DNA of 64,000 nucleotides from Armatimonadota bacterium (GTDB lineage: Bacteria > Armatimonadota > UBA5829 > DSUL01), in contig JBDHZC010000002.1 in assembly GCA_039811685.1 (NCBI GenBank), forward strand, positions 544,001 to 608,000. Direction: 5' to 3'. The notes beneath the pieces were generated by a model. It worked only from the letters and a program-made list of their open reading frames with translations. It was not told the DNA's origin and did no database searches. The position numbers and the translations under genes are program-made. This document shows positions 20,174-32,291 of the stretch, in pieces (position 1 is the stretch's first letter; each line of letters begins with the position of its first letter).

Positions 20174-21976
20174 TCACTGACCCCTGGTCTCTTGTTCTGG
20201 CGGCGCGGGCGGAGCCTTGACCGGCCGGGTCAGATCGATCTCCTGCGTCTTGTCGGGCGGATAGCTCAGGACGAGTTTGGTCCCGGTGTCCGGCGCTTCA
20301 AGGAGCTTGACCAGCGCTCCGGGAACAAAGAAGTCGCGCGCGCTGATGCCTCGCGCAATAAGAACTGCGTCAAGACTGGAGCGCTCCTGCGGTGACAGAC
20401 CAAGCGCGGAGAGACCAGTGGACCTCAAACGCTCGATCTGGCTTTCCGGGAGCGACCCGTAGAACAGAACGGCGCTGCGCCGCTCGGTGGTGACCAACGC
20501 CCAGCCGCTTGCCGACAGCGTCTGGTCCGACATCAGCAACCCCATAAGCTGCTCCTGGGAGTAGCTCTGGGCAATTTGCGCGAGCTCCTCAAGGTTTAGC
20601 CCGCCGTTCTTCTTCGCAAGGTCCGCCCAGTATTTTTTGTCAGCCTGCGCCACCATTGCGGCCCGTCTCTGTGCCCAGTCGTCTGCCTTGAGGCGCGCCG
20701 CTCCGGCGCTATAGTCCCAGGTCATGCCAAATGTGCTCGAGACCCCGGCGATGACTTTCTTCGCCGTTCCCTTGTCTTTCGCGGCTTTGCGATCCGGCTG
20801 GTTCCAGGCCTCCGCGTAAATATCAATGTGGGCCTTCTCGACGACCGGCTTCAGAGCGGCGGCGGCGTCCGAGATGTCCTTAGGATCTATCTCGACCTCC
20901 GTCAGTAGCCGCGGGTCAGTTGGCGCTGGAGTCTCCGCAAGCTCACGGGCCGCAGTTTCACGGTTGATTGTCTGTACGGCCTCACCGATCTCCGTACCGA
21001 TCTGTTGTACAACGGTACGCGGATCCTCACCCTGAGCAAAGCGGTTGACGGCCTTAGTGATGAGAGCGGCCATCGGACTACCGGGTGTGACGATTGGAAA
21101 GCCCATCCGTCCACCCGCGCCAACGCCACTGACCTCCAGCGTGCCGGCGAATCCGATCTGATCCATCACCGCATGTCCCGGGCCGGAAGGCATCGGCCGC
21201 ATGACAAGAGAGGTCTTGCTCCAGTCACCGTCAAAAGCCGTACTGTCGGTCTTGTTGCCGAGTTTGCTGTGGAAGTAGTTCATCCCTGTGGCGAAAAACT
21301 GGAGGCTGCTCTGCTGGGCGGGAGTCAGTTGATTGTAGGGAACTCTGAACGGCTCACCGGCAGCAACGGACGGAACGGCTGATGAGGCAAGAGCGGATAC
21401 CAGGCTGCCGTAAGCCTTTCCGAACGGGTCCTGGCTGACAAATTTGCCGAAATCCTGTTCCGGATCGTTCTTACCTCCCGCCTGTTCCTGAGAGGTCTTG
21501 TCGTGCGGGGACATGAGGGCCTTTAGCCCGTCCGCAATCTCCTGCCACTGCGCTGTGACTTTCTCCAACTGCTCGTCCTGCTTGGATTGCAGTTCCCTGG
21601 CCTCCCGGTCGCGGGAGTTGCGATCCTGCCATATTGTGTAAACCCACTCTCCTTCCCTGCCGGAGCGCGCCCAGCGCAAGTCCAGCAATCTGGCAAGCTG
21701 CGCCTGGAACTCCTGCACTGTTGCATCCTTGACTTCAACGCTGACAGGGAGCTCCCGGATTTTCCAGGCTTTGGTTTCCTGATCCGCACGCATCGTCACG
21801 CCGGACTCCTCGGAAGCCTTTTTCAAAAGGTCATCCAGAAGCGCGTGAGTTTCGGAAAGAGTGATTGTCTTGCTGAGCCGCAAATCCTGCTGGCGCTCGG
21901 TCTCCGCGGCAGAAGACACGCTCGCGCAAATGACAAGCAGACTCGCAATGAATGCGACTGACAGAGCTCTGTACAT
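20174..21976 (-). CDS. Hypothetical secreted protein (600 aa)
   Basis: Long ORF with signal peptide and SD GAGGGAG; no family recognised. Confidence 0.75.
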   Translation of the reverse strand: MYRALSVAFIASLLVICASVSSAAETERQQDLRLSKTITLSETHALLDDLLKKASEESGVTMRADQETKAWKIRELPVSVEVKDATVQEFQAQLARLLDLRWARSGREGEWVYTIWQDRNSRDREARELQSKQDEQLEKVTAQWQEIADGLKALMSPHDKTSQEQAGGKNDPEQDFGKFVSQDPFGKAYGSLVSALASSAVPSVAAGEPFRVPYNQLTPAQQSSLQFFATGMNYFHSKLGNKTDSTAFDGDWSKTSLVMRPMPSGPGHAVMDQIGFAGTLEVSGVGAGGRMGFPIVTPGSPMAALITKAVNRFAQGEDPRTVVQQIGTEIGEAVQTINRETAARELAETPAPTDPRLLTEVEIDPKDISDAAAALKPVVEKAHIDIYAEAWNQPDRKAAKDKGTAKKVIAGVSSTFGMTWDYSAGAARLKADDWAQRRAAMVAQADKKYWADLAKKNGGLNLEELAQIAQSYSQEQLMGLLMSDQTLSASGWALVTTERRSAVLFYGSLPESQIERLRSTGLSALGLSPQERSSLDAVLIARGISARDFFVPGALVKLLEAPDTGTKLVLSYPPDKTQEIDLTRPVKAPPAPPEQETRGQ

Positions 21977-22186
21977 AATCAGACTGTATCTCCCTCAGCC
22001 ATCTGGCGGCACACGTGTCCTAGCGGCTGTCACCTGAATTATACACCGTACCCGCTCTTCGGGAAAGGCAGAAGCCTGCTGTGCGAAAGTTCAAACCTGT
22101 GAATAGTGCCAAATAGCCAGTATTCCTGTCAGTCAGGCAGCAACTCTCATTCCGGCATAAACTTCATGACTCTATCTGCGAGGTAT

Positions 22187-22576
22187 ATGCCAGTGTCCTT
22201 GACACGCGAAAGTCAGATCATCGCGGTGATCTGCCTGGTTGACCTTGTAGTGACTCTGGCTCTGCTGGCGAGCACGCCGAACGTCTCCGAAGGGAATCCG
22301 CTGATGAACTTCTATCTTCAGTTTGGAGTCGGAGCGTTCGTAATCGCCAAGCTGTGCCTGCTATTCGCCCCAATCTTCATCGTCGAGTACTGCCGCCAGT
22401 ACAGACCACGTTTCGCGCGCAATATGTTGCGTATGGCGATCATCGCCTACCTGGGCACCTACGCCCTGCTGTTTGTGCGCTACAACGTGCCGGTCTTGCT
22501 GGCGGACACGCATTCGGCCACGCAGTACACCCGGGTTGCGGCGACTTCAGGCCCTCAGCACGCGATGCCCAGATGA
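22187..22576 (+). CDS. Small membrane protein, DUF5658-like
   Basis: D..T...L....EGNPLM....G...F...K pattern with three TMs. Confidence 0.65.
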   Translation: MPVSLTRESQIIAVICLVDLVVTLALLASTPNVSEGNPLMNFYLQFGVGAFVIAKLCLLFAPIFIVEYCRQYRPRFARNMLRMAIIAYLGTYALLFVRYNVPVLLADTHSATQYTRVAATSGPQHAMPR

Positions 22577-22612
22577 CACTGCGGGTCGGTCACAGATGAC
22601 CGCACATTCACG

Positions 22613-22645
22613 AAAGCCGCTCTATTCCAATGGAGCGGCTTTTTT
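22613..22645 (+). terminator. Intrinsic terminator (probably bidirectional) between convergent genes
   Basis: AAAGCCGCTCTA-TTCCAA-TGGAGCGGCTTT followed by TTT. Confidence 0.8.
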
Positions 22646-22683
22646 GTGTGTCCAAGTGCAAACACTTTCCTGAGTCGGAGGGC

Positions 22684-23520
22684 CTAGTAAGGGTATTCCG
22701 GGCGGATATAGTAGTCGTTAAGAAGCCACTTATTGTACGGGTTGTCGTTCGGGTGGTAGAGCTTGTCTTTGGTGACGACCTCAGTGTGGCCGTCAGACAT
22801 CACGGTGTTCCAGGCGAAGATCGGGTACTTCATATTGTGCCACTGTGCCTGCCACGCACTCTCTCCAGGAGGGCTGGACTCACTGAACTGAAGCGCATCG
22901 TAAAACACAATCGCGCGCGATGGAAACGGAATCTGCTGAAGCTTGACAGGGCGGATGGAGCCCGCGGGCGGGCCACCTCCGTAGAGCTGATCCCAGTTCT
23001 TGATGACCAGGCTGGTGCGAAAAGCATAGCTACAGCCAACCTGACGATACGCGTTCTTGATTACCGGCGGCCATCCGGTCTGGCCCGTGTCCGGCCGCAA
23101 CCACTTATAGCCCTTGTCGGCCGGATCGCGCCATATCTCGTGGCTTTTGCTGTAGGGCATCAGGGCGTCCCAGACGTACGGGAACTGCGCCATAGCAGCC
23201 TTCGGATTGTCGTGCCGGTCTTCAGCGTCACAGGCGCGCGGGACAAATCCCTGGTGATCGTCACAATACTGAATGAATGCCAGCCCAATCTGATGCAGGT
23301 TGCTCAGACAGCCCGCCGCACGGGCGCGGTCTCGCGCGGCAGCAAAGACAGGGAAGAGAATCGCCGCCAAAATGGCGATGATGGCAATGACCACGAGAAG
23401 CTCAATCAGGGTGAAGCCTCTGCGGCCCGCCCGGCGGCGGAGTAAGCAAATACTTCGCGACGCCTCAACACCAAATTCCAGGCTTACTGCACACCTTGTC
23501 TCAACTCTGTTGCCCACCAT
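22684..23520 (-). CDS. Prepilin-type N-terminal cleavage/methylation domain protein (DUF1559-like), paralog of 866-1711
   Basis: [53 protein letters not shown] at 23520 with GAGGA SD. Confidence 0.9.
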   Translation of the reverse strand: MVGNRVETRCAVSLEFGVEASRSICLLRRRAGRRGFTLIELLVVIAIIAILAAILFPVFAAARDRARAAGCLSNLHQIGLAFIQYCDDHQGFVPRACDAEDRHDNPKAAMAQFPYVWDALMPYSKSHEIWRDPADKGYKWLRPDTGQTGWPPVIKNAYRQVGCSYAFRTSLVIKNWDQLYGGGPPAGSIRPVKLQQIPFPSRAIVFYDALQFSESSPPGESAWQAQWHNMKYPIFAWNTVMSDGHTEVVTKDKLYHPNDNPYNKWLLNDYYIRPEYPY

Positions 23521-23568
23521 TACGTCCTCGTTTATACCACTCAGCTCTGAATGCCCGATAACACCCGT

Positions 23569-23577
23569 ATTATAGCA
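23569..23577 (-). promoter_or_regulatory. Extended -10 promoter for the second prepilin-like gene
   Basis: Minus strand TGCTATAAT. Confidence 0.55.
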
Positions 23578-23646
23578 TTCGCACAGAGAAAACAAGAAGT
23601 CGTTGCAAAATTGGAGGCCGGACAGGGGGAGGGCCGCTTAGAGCGC

Positions 23647-23908
23647 AAAAAAATGGCCGCACCTTCTGTCAGATATTACCAGGAACGGCCAAGATACTAA
23701 CTCCGAGGCAGGAGTTGGGCTCTCAGGCAGAAGGAGGCGCTTTCTCAAATTGAAGGCTTTCCACCTGTCCTGGAACCAGTGCAGTCTTTCGACCGCATGC
23801 TGCGCGGGTTGGGACCGCGCAGACATCCTCATAGCTGTGCACAATCTCGTTGGCAAAGGCAGCGCTTTGATGCAGCCTGCCCGCAACGAGCGCTGGAAAC
23901 CACTGTCA
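23647..23908 (-). ncRNA. Candidate structured non-coding RNA (unassigned family)
   Basis: Lies between a TTGACA-N17-TATCCT promoter and a hairpin + U7 terminator; contains several stems and no credible long ORF. Confidence 0.5.
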
Positions 23909-23914
23909 CTCCTC

Positions 23915-23943
23915 AGGATAAGCCGCGGCCACTGTCCTGTCAA
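23915..23943 (-). promoter_or_regulatory. Sigma70-type promoter
   Basis: TTGACA (23943-23938), 17-nt spacer, TATCCT (23920-23915). Confidence 0.65.
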
Positions 23944-23994
23944 CTACCTTCAGGAAATCCTGTTAGTTGTACGGGGAAATGCCGCACACCTGGA

Positions 23995-24789
23995 CTACTG
24001 CGGTGGCGCGCTCCTTCTCAGGAACGGTTCAATGAGCTCGATAGGCAGCGGAAAGATCGTGGTGGAGTTGTTCTCCGAGGCAATCTCGCTGAGAGTCTGC
24101 AGGAAGCGAAGCTGCAACGCCGCCGGCGTTGCGCCGATAATGCTGGCTGCCTGAGACAGCTTCTCGGCGGCCTGAAACTCGCCTTCCGCATTGATAACTT
24201 TGGCGCGCCTCTCTCGCTCCGTCTCCGCCTGGCGAGCCATTGCCCTTCGCATCCCTTCGGGAAGAGCGACATCGCGCACCTCTACGGCGTTGACCTTGAT
24301 TCCCCAAGGCTCGGTTTGCTCGTCAATAACCGTCTGCAGCCGCTGGTTCACTTCGTCGCGCTCAGCGAGAATGGAGTCGAGCTCGACCTGGCCCACGATA
24401 CTGCGCAAAGTCGTCTGCGCGATCAAAGCTGTCGCGCGGGAGAAGTTCTCAACTTTGACAATGGCGTCTGCCGGGTTCAGGACTTGAAAATAGATGACCG
24501 CATCCACTGTGACTGGAACGTTATCACGCGTCATTGTCTCCTGTCTGGCAACGTCCATGGTCACAACGCGCAAGTCCACCTTGACCATCTGTTCAATGTA
24601 AGGGATGAGATAGATCAGGCCAGGGCCACGCACGCCAACCAGACGGCCAAGGCGAAACACCACGCCCCGCTCGTACTCTTTGACCACCTTAATGGCGGAG
24701 GGGATCACCAGGATAGCAATGACAATAATCACCACTACCGTGGGGCCTAGAAACTGATAAATAGCCAAAAGAAGACTTGCAAAGTCCAT
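23995..24789 (-). CDS. SPFH/stomatin (slipin) family protein
   Basis: EYERGVVFRLGR, TRDNVPVTVDAV, AQTTLRS, AETERERRAKVINAEGE. Confidence 0.95.
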   Translation of the reverse strand: MDFASLLLAIYQFLGPTVVVIIVIAILVIPSAIKVVKEYERGVVFRLGRLVGVRGPGLIYLIPYIEQMVKVDLRVVTMDVARQETMTRDNVPVTVDAVIYFQVLNPADAIVKVENFSRATALIAQTTLRSIVGQVELDSILAERDEVNQRLQTVIDEQTEPWGIKVNAVEVRDVALPEGMRRAMARQAETERERRAKVINAEGEFQAAEKLSQAASIIGATPAALQLRFLQTLSEIASENNSTTIFPLPIELIEPFLRRSAPPQ

Positions 24790-24793
24790 AGTC

Positions 24794-26104
24794 CTACTCT
24801 TTCGTAACGAACAGTCTGAGACCCTTCACGCGCACAACCCGCACCATCTGACCAGCCTCAACAGGCTCGCCGCCCTCAACCTCAGCAGTCCACCAGGAAC
24901 CTTCCAGAAACACGCGCCCGACCGGCGCCAACGGTGTTCTAGCTTCGGCAAGCAAACCAATTAGACCTTCGTGGCCCGTAGTAACCTTGCGCTTCTGCGC
25001 CCGGATTCCAGCGCCGATTGCTGTTGTAAACAGCACAGCGCTTACAATCGCTGCAGAGATGACAAAGGACAGGGACATCCGGAACATGGGTTCGTCGGTG
25101 TCAACGAGGAGAAACAGACCAAGCGCAAGGGAGATCACGCCTCCTGTTGTGAGGACTCCGTGGGTTGCGACATGGGCATCCACAGCAAAGAGGATGAACG
25201 AAAAGAAGATCAAAAGCAGCGCCGTGTAGTTCAAAGGGAGAACATTCGAGCTGAACAACACGAGAATGAGCGCCAGACCACCCGCAACTCCTGGAAAGAT
25301 GGCCCCGGGGTTGGAGACTTCGGCGATTATCCCGTACATCGCAATAAGAACGAGCACGCCCAGCACCATCGGGTTGGCCAGAAAATGGAGCAATGACTCA
25401 CGAGGATTGATTGGCAGCTCTTCAACCGGAGCGTGCTCTGTCCGCAGCGTAACGTGTTTGCCGCCCGCGACTTCAACCGAGCGTCCATCAATCTTCTGGA
25501 GGAGCTGAGTGCGATCCTTCGCAATGAGATCGATGACGTTGAGCTTCAACGCTTCCGTTTCCGTTGCGCTGATACCCTCTCGCACCGCCTTCACCGCCCA
25601 CTTCGCGTTGCGCCCGCGGCGCTCAGCCAGCGTCTCCATATAGCTCGCCATCGCGTTTGTGACTTTTCGGGGAAGGTCCTTGCCTTCTCCTGTGATCGGG
25701 GTCGCAGAACCTATGTGAGTTGTTGGCGCCATAGCGGCTATCTGAGCTGCGACGGTGATGTACGTCCCGGCGGAAGCAGCCATCGCGCCTTCTGGCGCCA
25801 CGTACACCGCTATCGGAACCGGGGAGGCCAACATAGCCTTGATGATGTCTTTTGTCGAGTCCACCAGACCGCCCGGAGTATCCAGCTCAACGAGCAGCAG
25901 TGCGTCCTTGTGTTCGGTGGCCGTGCGAATTCCCCGCAGGATATAGGCCGCAGTTGCCGGATCGATTGACCCTTCGACGCGGACAACCCGGACAATGCCG
26001 GCCGCCAGAGCGTGCGCTTGCGCGCTCACCAGCAGCACAAGCGCGAGAAGGGCAGTGCTGGCCCAGCTTTTTTCCGCTACAGGTCGTCGCATGAATGTTA
26101 TCAA
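24794..26104 (-). CDS. nfeD: NfeD membrane-bound ClpP-class serine protease (long form)
   Basis: LDTPGGL, AASAG, TM block, C-terminal OB domain; paired with stomatin. Confidence 0.93.
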   Translation of the reverse strand: MITFMRRPVAEKSWASTALLALVLLVSAQAHALAAGIVRVVRVEGSIDPATAAYILRGIRTATEHKDALLLVELDTPGGLVDSTKDIIKAMLASPVPIAVYVAPEGAMAASAGTYITVAAQIAAMAPTTHIGSATPITGEGKDLPRKVTNAMASYMETLAERRGRNAKWAVKAVREGISATETEALKLNVIDLIAKDRTQLLQKIDGRSVEVAGGKHVTLRTEHAPVEELPINPRESLLHFLANPMVLGVLVLIAMYGIIAEVSNPGAIFPGVAGGLALILVLFSSNVLPLNYTALLLIFFSFILFAVDAHVATHGVLTTGGVISLALGLFLLVDTDEPMFRMSLSFVISAAIVSAVLFTTAIGAGIRAQKRKVTTGHEGLIGLLAEARTPLAPVGRVFLEGSWWTAEVEGGEPVEAGQMVRVVRVKGLRLFVTKE

Positions 26105-26295
26105 TCGAGGTCTTTGCCTATCCCCGTTTCAGTCTATGCCAGAAACCGCAATCCGAGGACTGCGTCGACTGCGAGAGCTTGCTTTCCACGCTGTACAACG
26201 CAAACGAACATCTTCCGCAGGGACTCTCGATACTTGCCTGAACTATACCGGTACCACTCCCGTAATGCAATCCGAGCGATCGATGGGCATAATAA

Positions 26296-28851
<2,556 letters not shown>

Positions 28852-28865
<14 letters not shown>

Positions 28866-29319
28866 AGAGCAAGGATTTGAAATTGTTGACAAGCGCAGGT
28901 TGGGCGAAACTGAACCACCACAGCCAGACATTTCTCGGAACGCGGAATCAGCCGCAACACCTGAAACCTCGCACTCTAGCGTCTCGACCGAGGCCAATGC
29001 GGCAACGCCCGACCCTTCGGAAACGGACCCCGAGCTTCTCGGCCCTCCAAACGTTGAAAGCTTGCTAGCTTATATGTTGAATCTGCTCGCGACTTCGGCG
29101 TGGCAGTGGATGGGTGTCATTATGAACCCTGAAACATCCGAGGCAACTGTGGATATTGGGCAGGCGCGACTGGCCATCGATACCTTTGAGGCAGTGGCTG
29201 AGAAGCTGAGCCCCTCACTTGATGAGCGAACACGCCGGGAGATCCAAAATGCCCTTGCTGACTTGCGTGTCAACTTTGTCGAGAGATCTACCAAAGCGCC
29301 GTCGGGCGGCGCATCCTGA
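28852..29319 (+). CDS. DUF1844 domain protein
   Basis: GFEIVDKRR N-terminus; MG...NP.T.....DI.QARLAID...LADLRVNFV. Confidence 0.8.
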
Positions 29320-29810
29320 TGGAACGACTGTGGGCACCGTGGAGAATGCAGTACATCGACCGCGGAGAGACGGAGGGCTGTATCTTTTGTGATAAGCCGC
29401 GTCTAGCGGACTCAGAAGCACTTATCGTGCACAGGGCGCAACACACCTTCGTTATGATGAATGCTTTTCCATACAACAACGGGCACGTGCTGATAGCTCC
29501 CTATAAACACACTTCCAGCATTGGAGACCTTTCACGTGACGAACGTCTCGAAATTATGGATATGCTAGACCTGTGCATACAGACCCTCAAGCTCACAGCT
29601 AATCCTGAAGGGTATAATTTCGGCGCCAACCTGGGGCGTGTTGCCGGAGCCGGAGTTGCTGAGCATGTCCACTTCCATCTTGTGCCTCGCTGGAACGGAG
29701 ACACGAACTTCATGCCCGTCGTAGCGGATACCAAAGTGCTGCCGGAGGCGCTACAGACAGTGTGCGACAAGCTGCGAGAAGCGCTCAAGAGATCGAAGCC
29801 ACAGTCGTGA
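29319..29810 (+). CDS. HIT domain protein (Ap4A phosphorylase/hydrolase-like)
   Basis: LWAPWR, CIFC, FPYNNGH, HVHFHLVPRWNGD. Confidence 0.93.
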   Translation: MERLWAPWRMQYIDRGETEGCIFCDKPRLADSEALIVHRAQHTFVMMNAFPYNNGHVLIAPYKHTSSIGDLSRDERLEIMDMLDLCIQTLKLTANPEGYNFGANLGRVAGAGVAEHVHFHLVPRWNGDTNFMPVVADTKVLPEALQTVCDKLREALKRSKPQS

Positions 29811-30457
29811 ACGACTCCCTTACAGAAGCTCTTTCAAGAATCGCCCGGGAAGCTTCCAACTGCCGCAACTGTGATCTCTCCGAGACACGGACGAATGTGG
29901 TGTTCGGCGAGGGCAATCCGGACACGCCGCTGATGATTGTCGGAGAAGGACCGGGGGAGACAGAAGACCTCACGGGACGGCCATTTGTGGGGCGTGCCGG
30001 CGCCCTCCTGGACGAGTGCCTGGCGGAAAACCGAATAACTCGTAAGCACGTCTACATCACAAACGTCGTCAAGTGTCGCGCTTGCACGCTCGAAGGGAAA
30101 CGGAAAAAAAACAGACCTCCAACTCCAGGAGAAGTCTCAGCCTGCGCACCCTGGCTACAGCAGCAATTGGAGATTATCAAGCCGCTTGTTGTGATGTGTA
30201 TCGGGGCATCCTCCGCTAATGCACTTATCCACAAGAACTTCAAGATTATGCAGGAAAGAGGCAGGTTCTTTGAAGTTCCGTTCGCACGCGCGGCGATTGC
30301 TGCGCTGCACCCGGCTTACATCCTTCGGCAGCACGGGCAAGCCTATCAGGACGCACGCGCCACGCTTGTCGCTGATATCGCAGCAGCTCGACAGAAGGTT
30401 ATCGAGATCAAGAAAGCCGACGATTACGCAAGCGAGAGCGGTCTTTTCCAGCCATAG
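29807..30457 (+). CDS. Uracil-DNA glycosylase family 4 (Fe-S)
   Basis: CRNCDL, VGEGPG, PFVGRAG, NVVKCR, LHPAY. Confidence 0.93.
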   Translation: MNDSLTEALSRIAREASNCRNCDLSETRTNVVFGEGNPDTPLMIVGEGPGETEDLTGRPFVGRAGALLDECLAENRITRKHVYITNVVKCRACTLEGKRKKNRPPTPGEVSACAPWLQQQLEIIKPLVVMCIGASSANALIHKNFKIMQERGRFFEVPFARAAIAALHPAYILRQHGQAYQDARATLVADIAAARQKVIEIKKADDYASESGLFQP

Positions 30458-31333
30458 TTAGCGTGCTGGGAGATAGTTGTCTGCGAGCAATGTCAACAGG
30501 CGATCGAGATCGTCTTGACCATAGAATTCGATCTCGATTGTCCCTCTGTCTTCCCCAAAGCGAATCCGGACTCGAGTCTTGAGTATCTGCCTGAGCTGGT
30601 CTTCAACAGCCTTTAGATTCGGCTCGACGCCAGGGAGGGAATTTGTTTCACGTGAAACATTCCGGCCTGCCAGCGATGACGCCCAGCTTCTTGCGAGTCT
30701 CTCTGCCTCCCGAACTGAGCACTGCTTGCGGACAATTTCATCTGCTACCAGGGCTTGGCCAGCCGGGCTTACAATCGATAGTAATGCCCGCGCATGGCCT
30801 TCCGTCATTTCCCCTTTTTCAACGCGCGCCTGGATCGCTTCCGGCAATTGCAGCAATCGGAGGGTATTGGCAACCGCGGAACGAGACTTCCCCACACGCG
30901 CTGCTACGTCCTCTTGAGACAAGTCGAACTCGTCCATCAAACGCCGATAGGCTCGCGCAGCATCCAGCGGACTGATGTCTTCGCGCTGAATGTTCTCGAT
31001 CAGAGCAACTTCCAGCGACTCCTGGTCTGCCATCTCTCGCAGAATCACGGGAATGGACGTCAATCCGGCCGAGCGCGCCGCGCGCAGGCGTCTTTCGCCG
31101 GCCACCAATTCGTACCGACCTGCTCCGGCGCTTCGAACCACTATTGGCTGGATGACACCATGCTCACGGATGGACGCCGCAAGCTCTGCGATAGACCCTT
31201 CGTCAAGGTTCTTCCGAGGCTGATACGGGTTGAAAGAGATCGCACTCAGCTCGATCTCCTTTACCCCGGTCGCTGGAGTCCCGCTACCGGGAATAAGCGC
31301 CGAAAGTCCCTTACCCAGACCTTTCCTGTCCAA
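30458..31333 (-). CDS. parB: ParB/Spo0J partition protein
   Basis: GLGKGLSAL, NPYQPR, VAGERRLRAA, ENIQREDI, HTH. Confidence 0.97.
   Translation of the reverse strand: MDRKGLGKGLSALIPGSGTPATGVKEIELSAISFNPYQPRKNLDEGSIAELAASIREHGVIQPIVVRSAGAGRYELVAGERRLRAARSAGLTSIPVILREMADQESLEVALIENIQREDISPLDAARAYRRLMDEFDLSQEDVAARVGKSRSAVANTLRLLQLPEAIQARVEKGEMTEGHARALLSIVSPAGQALVADEIVRKQCSVREAERLARSWASSLAGRNVSRETNSLPGVEPNLKAVEDQLRQILKTRVRIRFGEDRGTIEIEFYGQDDLDRLLTLLADNYLPAR
30644..30659. promoter_or_regulatory. parS: parS centromere site inside parB
   Basis: Perfect palindrome TGTTTCACGTGAAACA (encodes VSRET in ParB). Confidence 0.92.
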
Positions 31334-32087
31334 ATCGAATCACCTCCGCTGCAAGTCGACGATAGCTCTCTGCGCCCTTAGACCGCGCATCATACAGTAC
31401 GATGGGCAACCCATGACTGGGCGCCTCCGACAGACGGACATTGCGCGGGACAACAGTCGGCGAGACCAGCTCACCAAAGTGATCTCGCACCTCTCGCACG
31501 ACATCCTGGCTCAGTTTCGTGCGGTAATCGAACATCGTCAGCACCACGCGAGCAATCTCCAAAGATGGATTCAGCTCACGCCGCACGAGTTCGACCGTCT
31601 TCAAGAGCTGGCTGATTCCCTCCAGCGCATAGTATTCACACTGGATCGGTATCAGCACATATCTCGCCGCCGTCAAAACATTGATGGTCAGTAAGCCAAG
31701 AGCTGGCGCGCAGTCCATGATAATCCAGCGATACCGCTCCTCAACCGAACTCAGGGCACTCTTCAGGCGAGACTCGCGTGAAATCAGCGAGATCAGCTCA
31801 ATATCCGCTCCTGCCAGATCCAGAGTCGACGGGACAACGTCCAGGTGAGGGATAGCCGAGGGCACGATTGCTTCCTCTAGCGGCCGACCACCCAGTATGG
31901 CGTCGTATACGGTTGTCTCAATGCGACTCTTATCAAGACCGATGCCGGTCGTCGCGTTGGCCTGTGGATCTACGTCAATCAACAGGACGTCTTCACCGGC
32001 TACCGCGAGGCACGCGGCGACGTTGACGGCTGTGGTAGTCTTGCCGACTCCGCCCTTCTGGTTGACGACTGCAAATTTGAATGCCAC
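31311..32087 (-). CDS. parA: ParA/Soj ATPase
   Basis: NQKGGVGKTT, DVDPQANAT, QCEYYALEG, PRNVRLSEAPSHG. Confidence 0.97.
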   Translation of the reverse strand: MAFKFAVVNQKGGVGKTTTAVNVAACLAVAGEDVLLIDVDPQANATTGIGLDKSRIETTVYDAILGGRPLEEAIVPSAIPHLDVVPSTLDLAGADIELISLISRESRLKSALSSVEERYRWIIMDCAPALGLLTINVLTAARYVLIPIQCEYYALEGISQLLKTVELVRRELNPSLEIARVVLTMFDYRTKLSQDVVREVRDHFGELVSPTVVPRNVRLSEAPSHGLPIVLYDARSKGAESYRRLAAEVIRFGQERSG

Positions 32088-32259
32088 TATGTCAGTGTTT
32101 TTCCGTTCCTGCTCCTGGGGTCGCCATTTCTGTTACCGAAGGGTAGCAGTGTAGCAGACTCGTCGCCAGAGCATCACCAATGTACGCCCAAGCGGCTCAG
32201 TTCGTCAATATCGCAGCCCAAATTGTCCTTTCTGAGAGACTATCTCCTGCTGTGTAATC

Positions 32260-32268
32260 TGTTATAAT
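32260..32268 (+). promoter_or_regulatory. Extended -10 promoter of the GCS2/PSD operon
   Basis: TGTTATAAT about 23 nt upstream of the first ATG. Confidence 0.55.
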
Positions 32269-32291
32269 AGCCGCGCGATTGCTGGGAATGG

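Noticed and set aside
23760..23830. M-box, T-box or Moco riboswitch identity for the candidate RNA
   Set aside because: Only short fragments match (GUCGAAAGAC, GGUGGAAAG); the defining flanking motifs are missing.
23638..23943. 101-aa minus-strand ORF across the candidate RNA
   Set aside because: Its TTG start is the -35 box itself, it has no protein-like features, and it runs through the terminator.
30225..30233. Perfect DnaA box TTATCCACA near parB
   Set aside because: A single box inside the UDG coding sequence, with no cluster or AT-rich unwinding element; not evidence for oriC.
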